A stretch of 63,931 nucleotides of DNA, filler included, from Octopus bimaculoides (taxonomy: Eukaryota), in assembly GCF_001194135.2 (NCBI RefSeq). It is 3 parts of 3 records of this genome, joined end to end, with 100 filler letters (N's around TTAATTAATTAA, not from the genome) between each part and the next. Parts side by side here need not be neighbours in the genome. Positions count along the whole stretch, not along the records: positions 48,738 to 63,931 come from NC_068983.1; 2 more parts are not named here. One strand, written 5' to 3'. The translations under genes and the position numbers were made by a program. Under the pieces are notes generated by a model that searched no databases, had not been told where the DNA came from, and worked only from the letters and a program-made list of their open reading frames with translations. Numbering within the stretch: position 1 is the first letter of the stretch; each line of letters opens with the position of its first letter. Shown here in pieces: positions 62,667 to 63,931 of this stretch.

Positions 62667-63019
62667 CACACACACTCAAACACACACACATACACACTCA
62701 AACACACACACACACGAAACAGAAGTGAACAATGGCATTAATTAGCACCAGCATTCGTAGAAATAAGAGTGAAAACAACTCAATAAACAACAAAAACATT
62801 CTCTTAATGTGCTGATATGGGAGAGATTGTCAGCCTTGCCATTTCCTTAAGGGAGAGCTTTGTCTCCTTGGTCACCTCGTTATGATAGTGATTTTGCTGG
62901 CTACTGAATTGCTTTGACTCTTATTTCTAGCAATACTGGTGTTGATTAATGTCCTTTTCACTTTAGTGATGTATATATTTTTACTTTTATGTTGTAAAAG
63001 TGCGAATTATCAATCCGTA

Positions 63020-63382
63020 TTATATATGGTTAGGGCAGCGGACTCGCGGTCATAGGATCGCGGTTTCGATTCCCAGACCGGCGTTGTGAGTGTTTATTGA
63101 GCGAAAACACTAAAACCTCCACGAGGCTCCGGCAGGGAATGGTGCCGAACCCTGCTGTACTCTTTCACCACAACTTTCTCTCACTCTTATTTCCTGTTTC
63201 TGTTGTGCCTGTAATCCAAAGGGTCAGCCTTGTCACACTGTGTCACGCTAAATATCCCCGAGAACTACGTTAAAGGTACACGTGTCTGTGGAGTGCTCAG
63301 CCACTTGCACGTTAATTTCACGAGCAGGCTCTTCCGTTGATCAGATCAACTGGAACCCTCGATGTCTTAAGCGACGGAGTGC

Positions 63383-63392
<10 letters not shown>
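63020..63392 (+). mobile_element. tRNA-derived SINE with (ACA)n tail
   Basis: tggttagggcagcggactcgcggtc..ggtttcgattccc tRNA-like head; 3' ..gacggagtgccaacaacaacaa. Confidence 0.75.
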
Positions 63393-63413
<21 letters not shown>

Positions 63414-63931
63414 TATTATATGTATTTCTTCTATCTTAACGAATAATAATTCTTCGGATAGAATAAATGGGTTAATAGAAACCAATGTATCAAAGAACAC
63501 AAAATAACGTTGGTGTTGTTCCTGTTTTTAAGGCAGGAAGACCTTGAAATTTTGGGTATTTGAGTATATTTAAAAAATTAAGGAATGGAGAAAACGCATG
63601 TTATAATTGCATACTTTATTCCTACATATGTTTCAAAGGATTACAACCTATATGATCCATAGGGATCTGTGATATTAAAATTGTAACCTTCTCATCAGGG
63701 AAAGCATGGGAATCATCTTAAACGATATATGTACATACATACAGAACCTAATAACGCATACATATGGATTTATACAAATACATACACAATTATATATACA
63801 TACATATACATAGATATGTACACATATACACACATATATACCTACAAACATACGTACACACACCCACACAAGTATACATATATACATACATACACACAGA
63901 TACACTCACACACACACATATCCATATGTAT

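Noticed and set aside
30950-63905. Many 60-130-aa ORFs rich in YI, CV, HT
   Set aside because: Translations of (TA)n, (TG)n and (CA)n microsatellites.

Overview
Animal, AT-rich, microsatellite-dense genomic DNA. The repeat content (tRNA-derived SINEs, (GAT)n-tailed RTE elements, mariners) is cephalopod-like, most likely Octopus; this is an inference with no database check. The window is not one contiguous locus. Two 100-bp spacers (44 N + TTAATTAATTAA + 44 N, at 29820-29919 and 48638-48737) join three pieces. Piece 1 (1-29819) is a tandem array with a period of about 7-11 kb. On the minus strand it carries a partial gene made of 34-nt and 59-65-nt exons that the ORF track misses. Eleven visible exons have intact AG/GT ends, alternating phase 0->2 / 2->0 and no stops. 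Together they encode a 31-33-aa repeat arranged as a 64-65-aa dimer. Exon copies are only about 62-68% identical, with almost all changed codons non-synonymous, while the adjacent introns are 97-99% identical. This is the main finding: an apparently diversifying micro-exon repeat protein of unknown family. Its introns hold unit-specific mariner, Gypsy, solo-LTR and RTE insertions. Pieces 2 and 3 are TE- and microsatellite-rich with no convincing host gene. They contain mariners, Penelope remnants with hammerhead-like motifs, nested foldback/MITE/Helentron-like elements and SINEs. Nearly all ORF-track entries are N-gap, microsatellite or TE artefacts. All identities quoted are manual counts.
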